From Spirochaetia bacterium (GTDB lineage: Bacteria > Spirochaetota > Spirochaetia > DAHUYW01): DNA of 64,000 bases. This document shows, piece by piece, positions 28,749 to 38,842 of this stretch. The stretch is from positions 10,174-74,173 of the forward strand of contig JASHNV010000146.1 in the NCBI GenBank assembly GCA_030041455.1. Direction: 5' to 3'. The notes under the pieces are model-generated. The model did no database searches. It saw only the letters and a list, made by a program, of their open reading frames with translations, and had not been told where the DNA came from. The position numbers and the translations under genes were made by a program. Position 1 is the stretch's first letter; the number at the start of each line of letters is the position of its first letter.

Positions 28749-29573
28749 TTACGAGGCGCGGGATCTCCCGACGACCTTCAAGAGCTCCCGCTTGCTCTTC
28801 GCGTCGGCGGGAAAGAGCGTCTCGATGCGAAGCTCCTGGAGCGTCACGTCGTTCGGAGCTCCGAAGGTCGTGATGGTGGTGAAGAGGTCCATCCGAAGCC
28901 CGTCGAGACGGAACCGTATCGGAACGAGGAGGAACTCGGGGGCGGCGATCGACCGCTTCGCGCGAAGCGCGGCGCTCGCCGGGAGGACCTCGCGGAGGAG
29001 CCGCTCGTCCTCCGGGCTTCGCGCGTGGAGACCGCCGATGTCGCGGCGGATCCGCTCGATGACATGGACCGCGACCTCGTCGGCGTTCTCGATCGACCTT
29101 TTGAGGCCGTCCTCGGAGATGAGCAGGCGAGCGAAGTTCGGCGTCTCCCCCGGGGGGCGGCGGCAGAAGGTCCGAAGCAGCGTTCGTCCGGCGGCGTTCG
29201 ACATCACCGCGTCGAAGCGGGGGTTGATCACCCACGCGGGATTGTCTCCGCTCGCCCGCAGGATGAGCGACAGCGCCTCCTCGACGTGCGCCATCGAATC
29301 CGCGCCGAGCGGCGTCTCGCCGTAGGCCCTCGCGAAGCCCGCGGCCTCGAGGAGCGCGTTGCGGTCGCGAAGAGGCACCCCGAGCGCTTCCGCGAGCGAG
29401 AGCACGACCTCGCGGCTCGGCGCCGAGCGCCCCGTCTCGATGAAGCTCATGTGACGCGAGGAGACCCCCGCCTCGAGCGCGAGGTCAAGCTGGCTCATTC
29501 CGCGCTCGGCGCGGTACGCCCGCAGGAGCGTGCCGATCCCGCTCGGCTTCGGGAACGGAGGTCGCGCGTTCAT
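28749..29573 (-). CDS. XRE-family HTH regulator with MmyB-like ligand-binding domain
   Basis: ATG 29573 (MNARPPFPKPSGIGTLLRAYRAERGMSQLDLALEAGVSSRHMSFIETGRS), GGGAG SD. C-terminal domain typical of MmyB-like regulators. Confidence 0.7.
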   Translation of the reverse strand: MNARPPFPKPSGIGTLLRAYRAERGMSQLDLALEAGVSSRHMSFIETGRSAPSREVVLSLAEALGVPLRDRNALLEAAGFARAYGETPLGADSMAHVEEALSLILRASGDNPAWVINPRFDAVMSNAAGRTLLRTFCRRPPGETPNFARLLISEDGLKRSIENADEVAVHVIERIRRDIGGLHARSPEDERLLREVLPASAALRAKRSIAAPEFLLVPIRFRLDGLRMDLFTTITTFGAPNDVTLQELRIETLFPADAKSKRELLKVVGRSRAS

Positions 29574-29700
29574 GGCTCCCGATTTCAATCCGGAAGGCTT
29601 CCCGGTGTCAAGCTTTGACTCAGGGCCGATCGCGCCCGCCTCTCGATCCCCGGGCTCGAAGCGTATTGCGCTTCACGACGCCATCTCCCATACTGATCGC

Positions 29701-29955
29701 ATGGCGAGCGAGCGCGGCGGTTCCCTTCCGGCACGGGCGCCGAACTGTCTCAAATGCGAGTTTTTCGCCGTATCGTGGGATCCCGATTTTCCCCGGAGCT
29801 GCCGAGTCTTCGGCGTGAAGTCGCGCGAGCTGCCGAGCGTCGTGGTCTACCAGTCTACGGGCCGCCACTGTCCGGCCTTCAGGGAGTCGGAGCGGTTGAA
29901 GCGCGCGAGGTCTTCCCCGGCCGACGGTCCCGAGCTCACCCCGGGAGGTGTATAA
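29701..29955 (+). CDS. Small hypothetical 4-Cys protein (84 aa), possible zinc-ribbon
   Basis: MASERGG...NCLKCEFF...SCRVFG...GRHCPAF. No SD. Divergent from the XRE regulator. The stop overlaps the NfeD start (TAATG). Confidence 0.25.
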   Translation: MASERGGSLPARAPNCLKCEFFAVSWDPDFPRSCRVFGVKSRELPSVVVYQSTGRHCPAFRESERLKRARSSPADGPELTPGGV

Positions 29956-31319
29956 TGAAGGATGAGCGGTCTTTCGCGACCGCTCGAGGGAGGTGGTCGA
30001 TGATACGCCATCCCTTTTCGTTCGCCCTGCTCGCCTTTTTTCTCGCCGCGGCGGCCGCGTGTGCCGGCCCGGCGAGTACGTCCCGTTACGTCGCGGTTCT
30101 CAAGCTGAACGGGACGATCGATCCGCTTTCCGCCTCCTTCATCGACGCAGGCCTGTCCCGAGCCGAAAAGGGCGGCGCGGAGCTCGTCGTCATCGAGCTC
30201 GACACGCCGGGGGGCATGCTCGACTCGATGAAGGAGATCGTGGCGGGAATCCTCGCCTCGAAGGTGCCGGTCGCCGTGTTCGTCGCGCCTTCCGGCGCCC
30301 GCGCCGCCTCCGCGGGAGTCTTCGTCGCGATGGCCGCCGAGGTCGCGGCGATGGCGCCCGCGACCAACATCGGGGCGGCGCATCCGGTAACCGGCTCGGG
30401 TCGGGATATCGGGGGAGCGGAGGAGGTGAAAATCGTGAGCGACGCGGCGGCGAAGATGCGCTCCCTCGCGGCCTTGCGCGGGAGAAACGCCGCGTGGGCG
30501 GAGGAGGCGGTGGAAGAGAGCGTGTCGCTCACCGCCGAGGAAGCGGTCAAGGCTCGCGTCGTCGATCTCGAAGCCGCCGACCTCGGCTCGCTCCTCGCGG
30601 CGCTCGACGGACGGTCGGTCTCGACGCCGTCGGGCAGGGTCACCCTCCTCACCGCAGGCGTTCCGGTGAGGGTCTTCGAGATGAGCCCGGGCGAGCGGGC
30701 GCTTTCCTTCCTCGTCGATCCGAACGTCGCCTACTTTCTGTTCCTGCTCGGGATCCTCGGGATCGTATTCGAGCTCAACATCCCCGGCGTCGGCGCGCCC
30801 GGCATCCTCGGCGGAATCTCGCTCCTCATCGCGCTCGTCTCCTTCGGCGCGCTCTCGGTCAACGCGGGCGGGATCCTGATCCTCCTTCTCGCGGTGCTGT
30901 TCTTCGTCCTCGACGTGAAAGCGCCGACGCACGGAGCCCTGACCCTAGGCGGCATCCTCGCGCTCCTCGTCGGCTCGTACCTGCTCTTTCCGCCGTGGCG
31001 CCCCGTGGCGCTTCCCGGCTCGCCGAAGGCGGCCATCTCCCCCGTGGAGATCCTCGCGATGAGCGCCGTGCTTGCGGCGTTCTTCGCCGGCGTCGTGCGG
31101 TTCGGCGTTCGCGCGCGCTCGCGCAGGATCACCGCCGGAAGCGAGGCGCTGATCGGACGCTTCGGCACGTCGCTATCCGCGCTCAACCCGACGGGCATCG
31201 TGCGATTGGACGGGGAGGACTGGTCGGCGAAGGCCTTGGGCGACGAGGTTCGAGCGGGCGAGGAAGTTCAGGTCATCGGCGTCGAGGGCGTGCACCTCGT
31301 GGTCATGAAACAGCTGTAA
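29955..31319 (+). CDS. NfeD-family membrane-bound ClpP-class serine protease
   Basis: ClpP-like N-domain (VIELDTPGGMLDSM...AASAGVFVAMAA), C-terminal TM segments and OB-fold; signal peptide. Two ATGs (29955 and 30000) both follow GGGAGGTG-type SDs. Confidence 0.75.
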   Translation: MKDERSFATARGRWSMIRHPFSFALLAFFLAAAAACAGPASTSRYVAVLKLNGTIDPLSASFIDAGLSRAEKGGAELVVIELDTPGGMLDSMKEIVAGILASKVPVAVFVAPSGARAASAGVFVAMAAEVAAMAPATNIGAAHPVTGSGRDIGGAEEVKIVSDAAAKMRSLAALRGRNAAWAEEAVEESVSLTAEEAVKARVVDLEAADLGSLLAALDGRSVSTPSGRVTLLTAGVPVRVFEMSPGERALSFLVDPNVAYFLFLLGILGIVFELNIPGVGAPGILGGISLLIALVSFGALSVNAGGILILLLAVLFFVLDVKAPTHGALTLGGILALLVGSYLLFPPWRPVALPGSPKAAISPVEILAMSAVLAAFFAGVVRFGVRARSRRITAGSEALIGRFGTSLSALNPTGIVRLDGEDWSAKALGDEVRAGEEVQVIGVEGVHLVVMKQL

Positions 31320-31334
31320 CCTAAGGAGAGACAC

Positions 31335-32210
31335 ATGGACGGTTCGGTCGTGCTGTGGGCTATCATTTTCATCGTTCTCTTGATTATCATCCTGAGCTCG
31401 ATCAAGGTTGTGCGCGAGTACCAGCGCCTCGTGGTCTTCAGGCTCGGCCGCTCGCTCGGAGCGAAGGGCCCCGGGGTGGTCTTTCTCATTCCTATCCTCG
31501 ACAAGGCGGTCTGGGCGGACTTGCGCGAGCTGTACTTCGAGATTCCGAGCCAGACCTGCATCACCAAGGACAACGCCCCGATCGACATCGACTTCCTCAT
31601 CTACTCCCGCGTCACCGACCCGACGCTCTCGGTCGTGCAGGTCGGCAACTTCGCGGGCGCGAGCCAGGGAATCGCGACGACGACCCTGCGCGCCGTCATC
31701 GGCGACATCGCCCTCGACGATGTCCTCGCGAAGCGGGAGGACATCAACCGGCTTCTGCGCGCGAAGCTCGACGAGGTGACCGAGCGGTGGGGCGTCAAGG
31801 TGACGAGCGTCGAGATTCGCGAGATCGTGCCGCCGAAGGCGATTCAGGACGCGATGAATCGCCAGATGTCGGCCGAGCGCGAACGGCGCGCCATGGTGAC
31901 GGAGTCCGAGGGCAAGCGGCAGGCGGCGATCCTCGTCGCGGAGGGCGACAAGCAGTCGGCAATCCTGAAGGCGGAAGGCGATCGCCAGGCCTCGGTCTTG
32001 AGGGCCGAGGGCTTCTCGCTCGCGCTTGAGAAGATCTTCGGCGCGGCGAAGGCGATCGACGAAAAGACGATGGTCCTCCAGTATTTCGAGGCGCTGAAGG
32101 CGCTCGGAGCGAGCGCGGCGACGAAGTACATCTTCCCGCTGGAGTTCCTCGAGTTTCTGAAGCCCCTGAAGGGCTTCGCGGAAAAGGCGGTCAACCAGGG
32201 AGGGAAGTAG
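31335..32210 (+). CDS. SPFH/band-7 (stomatin-like) protein
   Basis: N-terminal TM then the band-7 core (VVFRLGR..., DNAPIDIDFLIYSRV..., coiled-coil EREAILVAEGDKQSAILKAEG). Classic partner of NfeD. Confidence 0.85.
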   Translation: MDGSVVLWAIIFIVLLIIILSSIKVVREYQRLVVFRLGRSLGAKGPGVVFLIPILDKAVWADLRELYFEIPSQTCITKDNAPIDIDFLIYSRVTDPTLSVVQVGNFAGASQGIATTTLRAVIGDIALDDVLAKREDINRLLRAKLDEVTERWGVKVTSVEIREIVPPKAIQDAMNRQMSAERERRAMVTESEGKRQAAILVAEGDKQSAILKAEGDRQASVLRAEGFSLALEKIFGAAKAIDEKTMVLQYFEALKALGASAATKYIFPLEFLEFLKPLKGFAEKAVNQGGK

Positions 32211-32272
32211 CGCGAGGCTCGGGCGCGATTGATCTTTTGCCCAGGCCGGGATACCCTCCGGTCAAGGCGACT

Positions 32273-32494
32273 ATGTCGGCGTACGGCCTGTCGGTGCTCC
32301 TCTACGAACTGAAAGACCTCGTCTCCCTGCTCGTGCCGTTTCTGGTCGCGCTCGTCGTGTGCGCCGCGGGCTACTTCGCGTGGCGCCGGTGGCTCGCGGC
32401 GAGGTCGGACGGCGGCGGCGAGGCGACTCGCCGCAGGCTCGAAGCCCTCGAGACGCGCGTGAAGGCTCTCGAAGAGCGGCGCGGCGATAAATAG
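32273..32494 (+). CDS. Small membrane protein with C-terminal coiled coil (73 aa)
   Basis: One TM helix (LLVPFLVALVVCAAGYFAW) then RRRLEALETRVKALEERR. Follows the SPFH gene. ATG 32273; TTG 32237 is an alternative. Confidence 0.35.
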   Translation: MSAYGLSVLLYELKDLVSLLVPFLVALVVCAAGYFAWRRWLAARSDGGGEATRRRLEALETRVKALEERRGDK

Positions 32495-32502
32495 GAAACG
32501 GC

Positions 32503-33627
32503 ATGAGTCTGAACTGCGGCATCGTCGGGCTCCCGAACGTGGGCAAGTCCACCATTTTCTCCGCCCTCACCTCCGCCCCGGCCGAGGCCGCGAACTATCC
32601 GTTCTGCACGATCGAGCCGAACGTCGGCATCGTCGCGGTGCCGGATCGGCGGCTCGGCGAGATCGCGAAAATCTGCAATCCCAAGAAGGTCGTCCCCGCC
32701 GTCGTGGAGTTCGTGGACATCGCCGGCCTCGTGAAAGGGGCGTCGCGGGGCGAGGGCCTCGGCAACCAATTCCTCGCGCGCATTCGCGAGGTGGGAGCGA
32801 TCGTTCACGTCGTGCGCTGCTTCGAGGATCCGGACATCGTTCACGTGAGCGGGAAGGTCCAACCCGCCTCCGACATCGAGACCGTCGAGATCGAGCTCGC
32901 GCTCGCGGATCTCGCCACGGTCGAGGGCAGACGCGCGAAGGCGGAAAAGGGGGTTCGCTCCCCCGACAAGGAGACCGCGAAGGCCGCCAAGGCGATCGTT
33001 CCGCTCCTCGATGCGCTCGGCGCGGCGCTCGCCGACGGCAAGACCGCGCGCTCCGTGTCCGTCGCGGAGGAGCAGCGGGCGCTTCTCGCCGATCTTCACC
33101 TGCTCACGGCCAAACGCCAGATCTACGTTTGCAACGTCGACGAGGCGGGCCTCGCGGATCACCTCGCTGGCAAGGAAAGCCCGCTCGTCGCGGCGGTTCG
33201 GTCCGCCGCGACGAGCGATCAGGCGGAGTGCATCGTCATCTGCGGAAAGCTCGAGGCGGAGATCGCCGCGCTCGAAAACGAGGAGGAGCGCGCCGAGTTT
33301 CTCAAGCAGGCGGGCCTCGCCGAGTCGGGGCTTTCGATCCTCATTCACAGCGCCTATCGCGTTCTCGGGCTCAGGACCTACTTCACCGCGGGTCCCGACG
33401 AGGTTCGCGCGTGGACGATCAACGTGGGAGATCTCGCGCCCCAGGCGGCGGGGGTGATCCACACCGATTTCGAAAAGGGCTTCATCAAGGCGGAGGTCTA
33501 CTCGTGCGACGAGCTCATCGAGCTCGGCAGCGAGGCGAAGGTCCGCGAAGCGGGGCGGATGCGCATCGAGGGGAGGGAATACGTCGTGCGGGACGGCGAC
33601 GTCATGCATTTCCGGTTCAGCGCCTGA
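32503..33627 (+). CDS. ychF: Ribosome-binding ATPase YchF
   Basis: [12 protein letters not shown] (G1), [22 protein letters not shown]-terminal TGS domain (GFIKAEV...). 374 aa. Confidence 0.9.
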   Translation: MSLNCGIVGLPNVGKSTIFSALTSAPAEAANYPFCTIEPNVGIVAVPDRRLGEIAKICNPKKVVPAVVEFVDIAGLVKGASRGEGLGNQFLARIREVGAIVHVVRCFEDPDIVHVSGKVQPASDIETVEIELALADLATVEGRRAKAEKGVRSPDKETAKAAKAIVPLLDALGAALADGKTARSVSVAEEQRALLADLHLLTAKRQIYVCNVDEAGLADHLAGKESPLVAAVRSAATSDQAECIVICGKLEAEIAALENEEERAEFLKQAGLAESGLSILIHSAYRVLGLRTYFTAGPDEVRAWTINVGDLAPQAAGVIHTDFEKGFIKAEVYSCDELIELGSEAKVREAGRMRIEGREYVVRDGDVMHFRFSA

Positions 33628-33630
33628 TCC

Positions 33631-34242
33631 ATGCGGGGCGACCGGCTCTACGAGATCGTGGATTTCATCCTCAACGAGGCGAGCGAGCGCGACCTGGAGG
33701 TCGTCCGCTCGGCGCTGAAGCGACGCATCGACGGCGCGGACGCACGGGGGGCGATGGGCGTCGACCCGGCGCGGCTCGCTCGCTCGGCGGCCGCGAGCAT
33801 TCAGGAGCAGCTCGGAGGCTCGATCGATCAGATTCGCGCGACGGTGAGGAACTTCGCGGTCGAGATGATCCGAAAGGAGGCGCCCGAGGTGACGGAGGCG
33901 CAGCTGCGCGAGCTGCTGAACGCCTGGGTGCCGGAGAGCTCGACCGCGCCGGAGCGGCGGGCGCCCGGGGAAAAGGGGGCTGCGAAACAGCTTCCGCCCG
34001 AGGCGCTTCTCGCGATGGTCGCCCAGTTCGTCTCGTACAGCACCGAGTCCATGAGCGTGTCGGAGCAGCTGAAGCTCCGCGAACAGATTCCGGACTGGCA
34101 GAGCCGCTACTGGAAGAAGTTTTCCCCGCGCCTGCGGGCGCTCGTGAGCTACCTCCTGAACGGCGAGCTCGACCCCGACACCTTCTGGGAGCGGGTGCAC
34201 GGCGAGCTCGGAATCGACCGGGGACCTACTGCCACTCGATGA
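33631..34242 (+). CDS. Hypothetical protein (203 aa), co-directional 4 nt after ychF
   Basis: Realistic composition (MRGDRLYEIVDFILNEASERDLEVV...). I recognise no domain. Confidence 0.45.
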   Translation: MRGDRLYEIVDFILNEASERDLEVVRSALKRRIDGADARGAMGVDPARLARSAAASIQEQLGGSIDQIRATVRNFAVEMIRKEAPEVTEAQLRELLNAWVPESSTAPERRAPGEKGAAKQLPPEALLAMVAQFVSYSTESMSVSEQLKLREQIPDWQSRYWKKFSPRLRALVSYLLNGELDPDTFWERVHGELGIDRGPTATR

Positions 34243-34633
34243 GGATGACGCTCATGAGGAGCACGGAGACGAGCGGATGGGCCGAGTTGATGGCCCAGAG
34301 CTGGAGGGGCTTCCCCTCGAATACGGCGTTCGCATACGAAGGCGCCGCCGTGAAGCCGAGCCAGACCATCGCGGCGAGAATGAGCGCCTCCCAGACGGTT
34401 TCCACACCGGTGGCGCTGATCACGACCGCGAGGATGCCGGCGAGGATGAGGCCCGCGAAATAGGAGCCGACGTAGAGAACGACACGATTACCCTGGCTGA
34501 GGCCTTCCCTCGCGATCCCGGTCAGCCGCATCCAATGCTTTCCGAAGAGGGGGGGCGAATACCAGAGCGCGCCGACCACCATGTTGACGACGGAGGAGAC
34601 GAGAATCGCCCAGATATTGACATCAATGGACAT
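34226..34633 (-). CDS. DUF1761-like small membrane protein
   Basis: ATG 34633 (MSIDVNIWAILVSSVVNMVVGALWYSPPLFGKHWMRLTG...) with GGAGG upstream; four TM segments. Confidence 0.55.
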   Translation of the reverse strand: MSIDVNIWAILVSSVVNMVVGALWYSPPLFGKHWMRLTGIAREGLSQGNRVVLYVGSYFAGLILAGILAVVISATGVETVWEALILAAMVWLGFTAAPSYANAVFEGKPLQLWAINSAHPLVSVLLMSVILIEWQ

Positions 34634-34800
34634 TGGTTGGTCCTCCCCGGGAAGTGTACCTCCCGCCGGGGGAGGGAGCAAGCGGAAAATGCGCCCAAGC
34701 GGTCAGCCGTGACGTCCCCCCGACTTGAACGTAGCCTCCCGAGGCACGGCGCGTCCGAGGACCGTCAAAAACGCGCGAACGGCGGCCTCCCGGAGAACCC

Positions 34801-35622
34801 ATGAAGCCGATCCAGGACCAGATCGTTCTCATCACGGGGTCGACGGACGGGCTCGGAAAAGCCGCGGCGATGAAGCTCGCTTCGCGCGGAGCCGTGGTTC
34901 TCGTGCATGGGCGAGACCGGAAGCGGGTCGACGAGACTGTCCGCGAGGTCCGCCGCGCCGGCGGCCAAGCACGGGGCTATGTCGCGGACTTTTCGGAGCT
35001 CGCCCAGGTGCGGCGGCTCGCCGGCGAGGTGGCGCGGGAGAACGGGAGGCTCGACCTCCTCGTCAACAACGCGGGCATCGGCGGCGGGAGCCCGTCGAAC
35101 GCCGGTCGGCAGACGACCCCGGACGGCCTCGAGCTTCGCTTCGCGGTGAACTACCTTTCGGGATTTCTCCTGACTCGCCTCGTTCTACCGCTCCTCCGCG
35201 CGGGCGCTCCGTCGCGCGTCGTCAACGTCTCCTCGGTCGGACAGCGGGCGATCGACTTCGACGACGTCATGCTCGAACGCGCCTACGAGCCCATGCGCGC
35301 CTACCGGCAGAGCAAGCTCGCGCAGATCCTGTTCACCATCGACCTCGCCGAGGAGCTCGGCTCCGAGGGGATCACCGTCAACGCGCTCCATCCTGCCTCG
35401 CTCATGAATACGAAAATGGTCATGGAGTGGTTCGGCCGCGCCTCGAGCACGGTCGAAGAGGGGCTCGACGCGCTCCTCTACGTTGCCGAGTCCCCCGAGA
35501 TTGACGGGGTGAGCGGCGCGTACTTCGACCAAAAGTGGCGCTCGCGCGCCGATGCCCAGGCGTATGATCCGGCCGCGCGCGCCCGCCTCAAGGCGCTGAG
35601 CGAGCGGCTTGTCGGCCTCTGA
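34801..35622 (+). CDS. SDR oxidoreductase
   Basis: LITGSTDGLGKA, NNAG, YRQSKLA. Confidence 0.8.
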   Translation: MKPIQDQIVLITGSTDGLGKAAAMKLASRGAVVLVHGRDRKRVDETVREVRRAGGQARGYVADFSELAQVRRLAGEVARENGRLDLLVNNAGIGGGSPSNAGRQTTPDGLELRFAVNYLSGFLLTRLVLPLLRAGAPSRVVNVSSVGQRAIDFDDVMLERAYEPMRAYRQSKLAQILFTIDLAEELGSEGITVNALHPASLMNTKMVMEWFGRASSTVEEGLDALLYVAESPEIDGVSGAYFDQKWRSRADAQAYDPAARARLKALSERLVGL

Positions 35623-35695
35623 CCCGCGCGGCCGCGGAAGCCCTTCGAGGTCGACGAGCGCTCCCGGGCCTTCGGGGAGGGCGCCGCGGGGAGCG

Positions 35696-36886
35696 CTATT
35701 CCCGAACGCCCGCCTCGACGCTCCGTCTGCGCGCCCGCGATAGCTGAGCGAGAGTGCAGAGCGCGATGAGCGCGAGCACCGTCGCGAGAATGCACCGGGC
35801 GCCCGAGACGGCTCCGAACCGCGCGATGACGAACCCCACCGCCCACGGCACGAGGGAGCCGCCCGCGCTTCCGAGCGCGCCTGCGGCGCCCACCGCTCCG
35901 CCCGCGCTTGCCGGGAAGGCGCGGCTCACGATCGTAATCGCCGTCGGGTAGACGGGGCCGAACCCGAGCCCGGTGATGAGGATGGCGATGACCGAGAGGC
36001 GCTCGCTTCCCGGAGTGAGGTTGACGAGCGCGACGCCGAGGAGCGCCACGCACAGCGCGGCGGAGAGCACCGCGCCGGGGCGCATCCGCACGCCGAGTCC
36101 GGCGCCCGCGAGCCTTCCGACGGTGTAGGCGATCCAGTAGCCGGAGGCGACGAGCGCGGCGTCTGAGAGCGGGAGCCCCGCGGTGCGCTGCATGTAGACC
36201 GTCGCCCAACCTCCGACCGCCTGCTCGCTTCCCACGTAGACAAGGAGCGCCGCGCCGAGCAGCCACATGAGGGAGGAGCGGTAGACCGCGCCGCCAGGCC
36301 CCCTTCCGGCGGGCGGGCGCGCGTTCGGCGACGCGATCTCGTACCGTCTCCCGGTCATGAACGGCGCCGGGATCACGATCACGACGGCGCCCGCCCACAG
36401 TACCGGCACTCCCGTATGCCACGACGTCCAGCTCAGGCTCACGAGCGCCGGCCCGCAGAACGCGCCCGCGCCGTAGAAAACGTTGAGGAGGTTGACCGCC
36501 GAGACCCCGCGCTCCGCGAAAAGCTCGGCGATGAGCACGTTCGCGCCGAGCTCGGCGGTGCCGAGGCCGATTCCCGCGAGAAAGGCGCATCCGATCGTTA
36601 CGTCGAAGGAGCGGGCGAGGGAAAATGCGGCGATCGCCGCGCCCATGAGGAGGAGCCCATAGAACAGCATCGGCTCGCGGCCGACGCGGTCGCTCAGCGG
36701 TCCCGCGGCGAATTGGGACAGCACGGCGCCGAGGAAGAGGGCGGTAAAGATCATGCCTACCTCGGAGAGCCCTACGCCGTTGTTCCGAGCGAGGTCGGGA
36801 AGAAGGGGACCGATTCCGGCCGTGACGATGCCGAAACCGAGAAACGCCGTGCCGGTCAGGGCGAGCGCCGAGGCGCGCTTTGACAT
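35696..36886 (-). CDS. MFS transporter (12 TMS)
   Basis: Hydrophobic 396-aa protein, MFS loop motif PLSDRVGREPM. Confidence 0.75.
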   Translation of the reverse strand: MSKRASALALTGTAFLGFGIVTAGIGPLLPDLARNNGVGLSEVGMIFTALFLGAVLSQFAAGPLSDRVGREPMLFYGLLLMGAAIAAFSLARSFDVTIGCAFLAGIGLGTAELGANVLIAELFAERGVSAVNLLNVFYGAGAFCGPALVSLSWTSWHTGVPVLWAGAVVIVIPAPFMTGRRYEIASPNARPPAGRGPGGAVYRSSLMWLLGAALLVYVGSEQAVGGWATVYMQRTAGLPLSDAALVASGYWIAYTVGRLAGAGLGVRMRPGAVLSAALCVALLGVALVNLTPGSERLSVIAILITGLGFGPVYPTAITIVSRAFPASAGGAVGAAGALGSAGGSLVPWAVGFVIARFGAVSGARCILATVLALIALCTLAQLSRARRRSVEAGVRE

Positions 36887-37259
36887 TGAAGGGGCTCCAG
36901 TGCGGGCGTACGTGCGATCTCACGACAATAGGCGCACGAACGGGCAGTGTCAAGCGTCGGGGGTCGGATCGTTCGGATCCCGGGAGCAGGGACGTGCGGC
37001 ATGCGTTCGCTCATGCTGAGGATAAGGAAGCTGCTCATTCTCGACAGCCTTACGCGAAACGGAGAGTCGTGCCGCCAGCACGACTCTCGGAGGAAACGAT
37101 CCGCCCGGTCTCCTGCGAGCTCGCGCCGCGCGGCGGGCGCTCGGGTCGTGAAGGCTGATGCCGCGCCAGGGCCGAGGCGGGTCGGCCTCGTATTGAGGAA
37201 TCAGCGGTTTTAAGAGAATCCGGAGGCTTCCGCCTGGATTCTCTTAGGCGCTTCAGACG

Positions 37260-38540
37260 CTAGAAGGGGTATTTCTCGCGGATAGCCATGATCACGTCGG
37301 GGATCTCGAGGAAGATCGCGACGAGCGAGGGATCGAACTGACGGCCGGCCTCGTTCTTGATGTAATCGAAGACGACGTCCTTGTTCCATGCCTCTTTGTA
37401 CGCGCGCTCGGAAATGAGGGCGTCGAACACGTCGGCGATCGCGACGATTCGCGCCGACAGGGGGACCTCGATCCCCTTCTTCCCCTCTCCGAACTGGATG
37501 TCGTCGGCGAAGATGTCGGGAATCTTTCCGGGGTACCCCTTGCCGTCCCAGCGCTCGTGGTGGTTCAGGACGACTTCGGCGGCCATCTTGTCCCATGCGG
37601 AGCGCTCGTGCTTGAACAGGCGGGCGCCGAAAACCGTATGAAACCGGATTTTCTTCTGCTCGCTTTCCGTGAGCTCGCCTGGCTTGCGGAGAATCGTGTC
37701 GCTCACCGCCACCTTCCCTACGTCATGGAGCATCGCCGCGGTGCGCAGCACCTCCTTGGTGTCCTGCACCCTCTTCTCCGGCAGCCGCTGCGCGGCGGCC
37801 CAGCGTTGATAGATCTCCACGCAGTAGGCGCCGACCCGCTTGGCGTGGCTCGCGGTCTCATAGGGGTCGCGGAGCTCGGCGAGCTCGACCATCCTCAAGA
37901 CCATCTCCTGGCCGAGGCGCGCCTGCTCGATGGTGTTCGCGGCGCTGCGCGCGAACTGGATGATGAACAGACGGTCCTGCTCCGAGAAAGGCATAATCTT
38001 GCCGTCCTCGCTCTTCGCATTGATGAGCTGCAGTACGCCGATCACCTCGTCGTCGCGGTTCTTCAGGGGCACGATCAGCATCGATTGGGTGCGATACGAC
38101 GACTTGGCGTCGAAGGCGGGATTGAAGGTGAACGACACGTCGCTGTGAATGTGATAGACGTCGTCGATCAGCAGGGACTCGCCCGAGGCGGCGACGTAGC
38201 CGGCGAGCGAGCTGCGGTCGACGTCGATGCTGTGCCGCGAGTAGAGGTACTTGTTCTCGGCGCCGCCGTCGGTGAACAGGGTGTCGTTCTGAACGTAGTT
38301 GAAATAGAGGCGGTCTCCGGACTTCAAGTAGAGCGTTCCGGCGTCCGCTCTCACGAATCTTCGCGCCTCATAGAGAACGCGGTCGAGCAGCGAGTCGAGG
38401 TCCTTAATGTTATAGATGTTCTCGATGGTCTCAAGGAGCTGAAGTGTGTTGCGTCTGCCCGTCCCGATCTTGTAACGACCGCCCCGAGCGGCGGGAACCC
38501 TCTCGCGGACCGCGGAAGCTCTCTCCAGAAACGACATCAT
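37260..38540 (-). CDS. GAF domain-containing HD-GYP phosphodiesterase
   Basis: HD-GYP signature (HDVGKVAV..., HHERWDGKGYPG). N-terminal GAF-like domain. Start at ATGATG 38540/38537. The track ORF's 144-codon Arg-rich extension is rejected. Confidence 0.75.
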   Translation of the reverse strand: MMSFLERASAVRERVPAARGGRYKIGTGRRNTLQLLETIENIYNIKDLDSLLDRVLYEARRFVRADAGTLYLKSGDRLYFNYVQNDTLFTDGGAENKYLYSRHSIDVDRSSLAGYVAASGESLLIDDVYHIHSDVSFTFNPAFDAKSSYRTQSMLIVPLKNRDDEVIGVLQLINAKSEDGKIMPFSEQDRLFIIQFARSAANTIEQARLGQEMVLRMVELAELRDPYETASHAKRVGAYCVEIYQRWAAAQRLPEKRVQDTKEVLRTAAMLHDVGKVAVSDTILRKPGELTESEQKKIRFHTVFGARLFKHERSAWDKMAAEVVLNHHERWDGKGYPGKIPDIFADDIQFGEGKKGIEVPLSARIVAIADVFDALISERAYKEAWNKDVVFDYIKNEAGRQFDPSLVAIFLEIPDVIMAIREKYPF

Positions 38541-38545
38541 GACAA

Positions 38546-38574
38546 ATAGTATGGCATTTCGACCAGAATCGCAA
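38546..38574 (-). promoter_or_regulatory. Putative promoter for the HD-GYP gene (TTGCGA-17-TACTAT), possibly a leaderless transcript
   Basis: On the minus strand the -10 TACTAT ends 7 nt before the ATG; no SD is present. Confidence 0.25.
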
Positions 38575-38842
38575 GGCTCGGCGGGATCCTTGGCCCCATA
38601 TCTCGGTCGCCCAGGCCTCGCGAGGAGCGTTTTCTTGCGAGAGCGCGTGTTGTCAATGGATAAGAACCGAAGGCGCCTATTATTGAAGGAATAAGGCGCT
38701 TCTTGGCCCCGCAATGCCTCGCGCGCGGGAACCCTTGGCCCGGCCTCGTCCGGAAGCGCGGTTTTTTTGCCGGTCGGCGGAACTTTCCCGAACGGCGTGC
38801 CGTCTTGTCCCCCGATAGAAAACAGTATCGGAGGTACACATT

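Noticed and set aside
38721-38768. GC hairpin followed by a TTTTTTT run (38762-38768) upstream of the PDZ gene, which I considered as a terminator of a small RNA
   Set aside because: No upstream plus-strand gene or promoter could be assigned, and the T-run could be part of the PDZ gene promoter region. I left it unannotated.
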